From positions 1-9,034 of the forward strand of contig NW_021828141.1 in NCBI RefSeq assembly GCF_006345805.1: a stretch of 9,034 nt of DNA, read 5' to 3'. How positions within the stretch are numbered: position 1 is the first letter of the stretch; each line of letters opens with the position of its first letter. The translations under genes and the position numbers were made by a program. The notes beneath the pieces were generated by a model. It was given only the letters and a program-made list of their open reading frames with translations. It ran no database searches and was not told where the DNA came from. This document shows, piece after piece, positions 8,791-9,034 of this stretch. This stretch comes from Octopus sinensis (Eukaryota).

Positions 8791-8819
8791 TTTTGCTAGC
8801 TCGGTCCCTTAACTAAGTG

Positions 8820-9029
8820 AATAATATACTTTTCTATTATTGGTATAAGAACTGAAAATTTGCGGGTGAGGGCTAGTCGATTACGTCAACCCAAATACTC
8901 AACTGGTACTCAACCGCAAAAGGATGAATAGCAAAGTCAACCTCGACGGAATATGAGCACAGAATATAAAACAGACGAAATGCCGCTGAGCATTTTTGTC
9001 TAGCATCCTAAGGATTCTGCGAGTAGACC
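8820..9029 (-). mobile_element. tRNA-type SINE (family 1 head/core, alternative tail)
   Basis: Minus strand: GCAGAATCC...AAATGCTCAGCGGCATTTCGTCTG...CCGTCGAGGTTGACTTTGCTATTCATCCTTT...GGGTTGACGTAATCGACT...AAATTTTCAGTTCTTATACCAATAATAGAAAAGTATATTATT. Confidence 0.8.
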
Positions 9030-9034
9030 GGGTT

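Overview
Eukaryotic, repeat-dominated non-coding DNA with no host gene I can support. The SINE families and dense (AT)n/(GATA)n microsatellites look like an octopus genome; that assignment is from recall, not a database check. The centrepiece is a 5'-truncated, decayed L1/Tx1-clade non-LTR retrotransposon (~3270-5994, +) with RT YADD, a CCHC knuckle and a 3' UTR, embedded in a (TATC)n array on both sides. Its last ~50 nt are clearly homologous to the 3' tail of a tRNA-type SINE at 2274-2457, suggesting a Tx1/SINE partnership. The same SINE head and core also occur with a different tail (7295-7689 tandem pair, 8820-9029). Also present: a hAT-like MITE with a 237-bp tandem duplication through its end, a fragment of a second SINE family, a DD41D (rosa-type) Tc1/mariner relic with an internal inversion, and a canonical non-autonomous Helitron. 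Most ORF-track entries are microsatellite or antisense artefacts.
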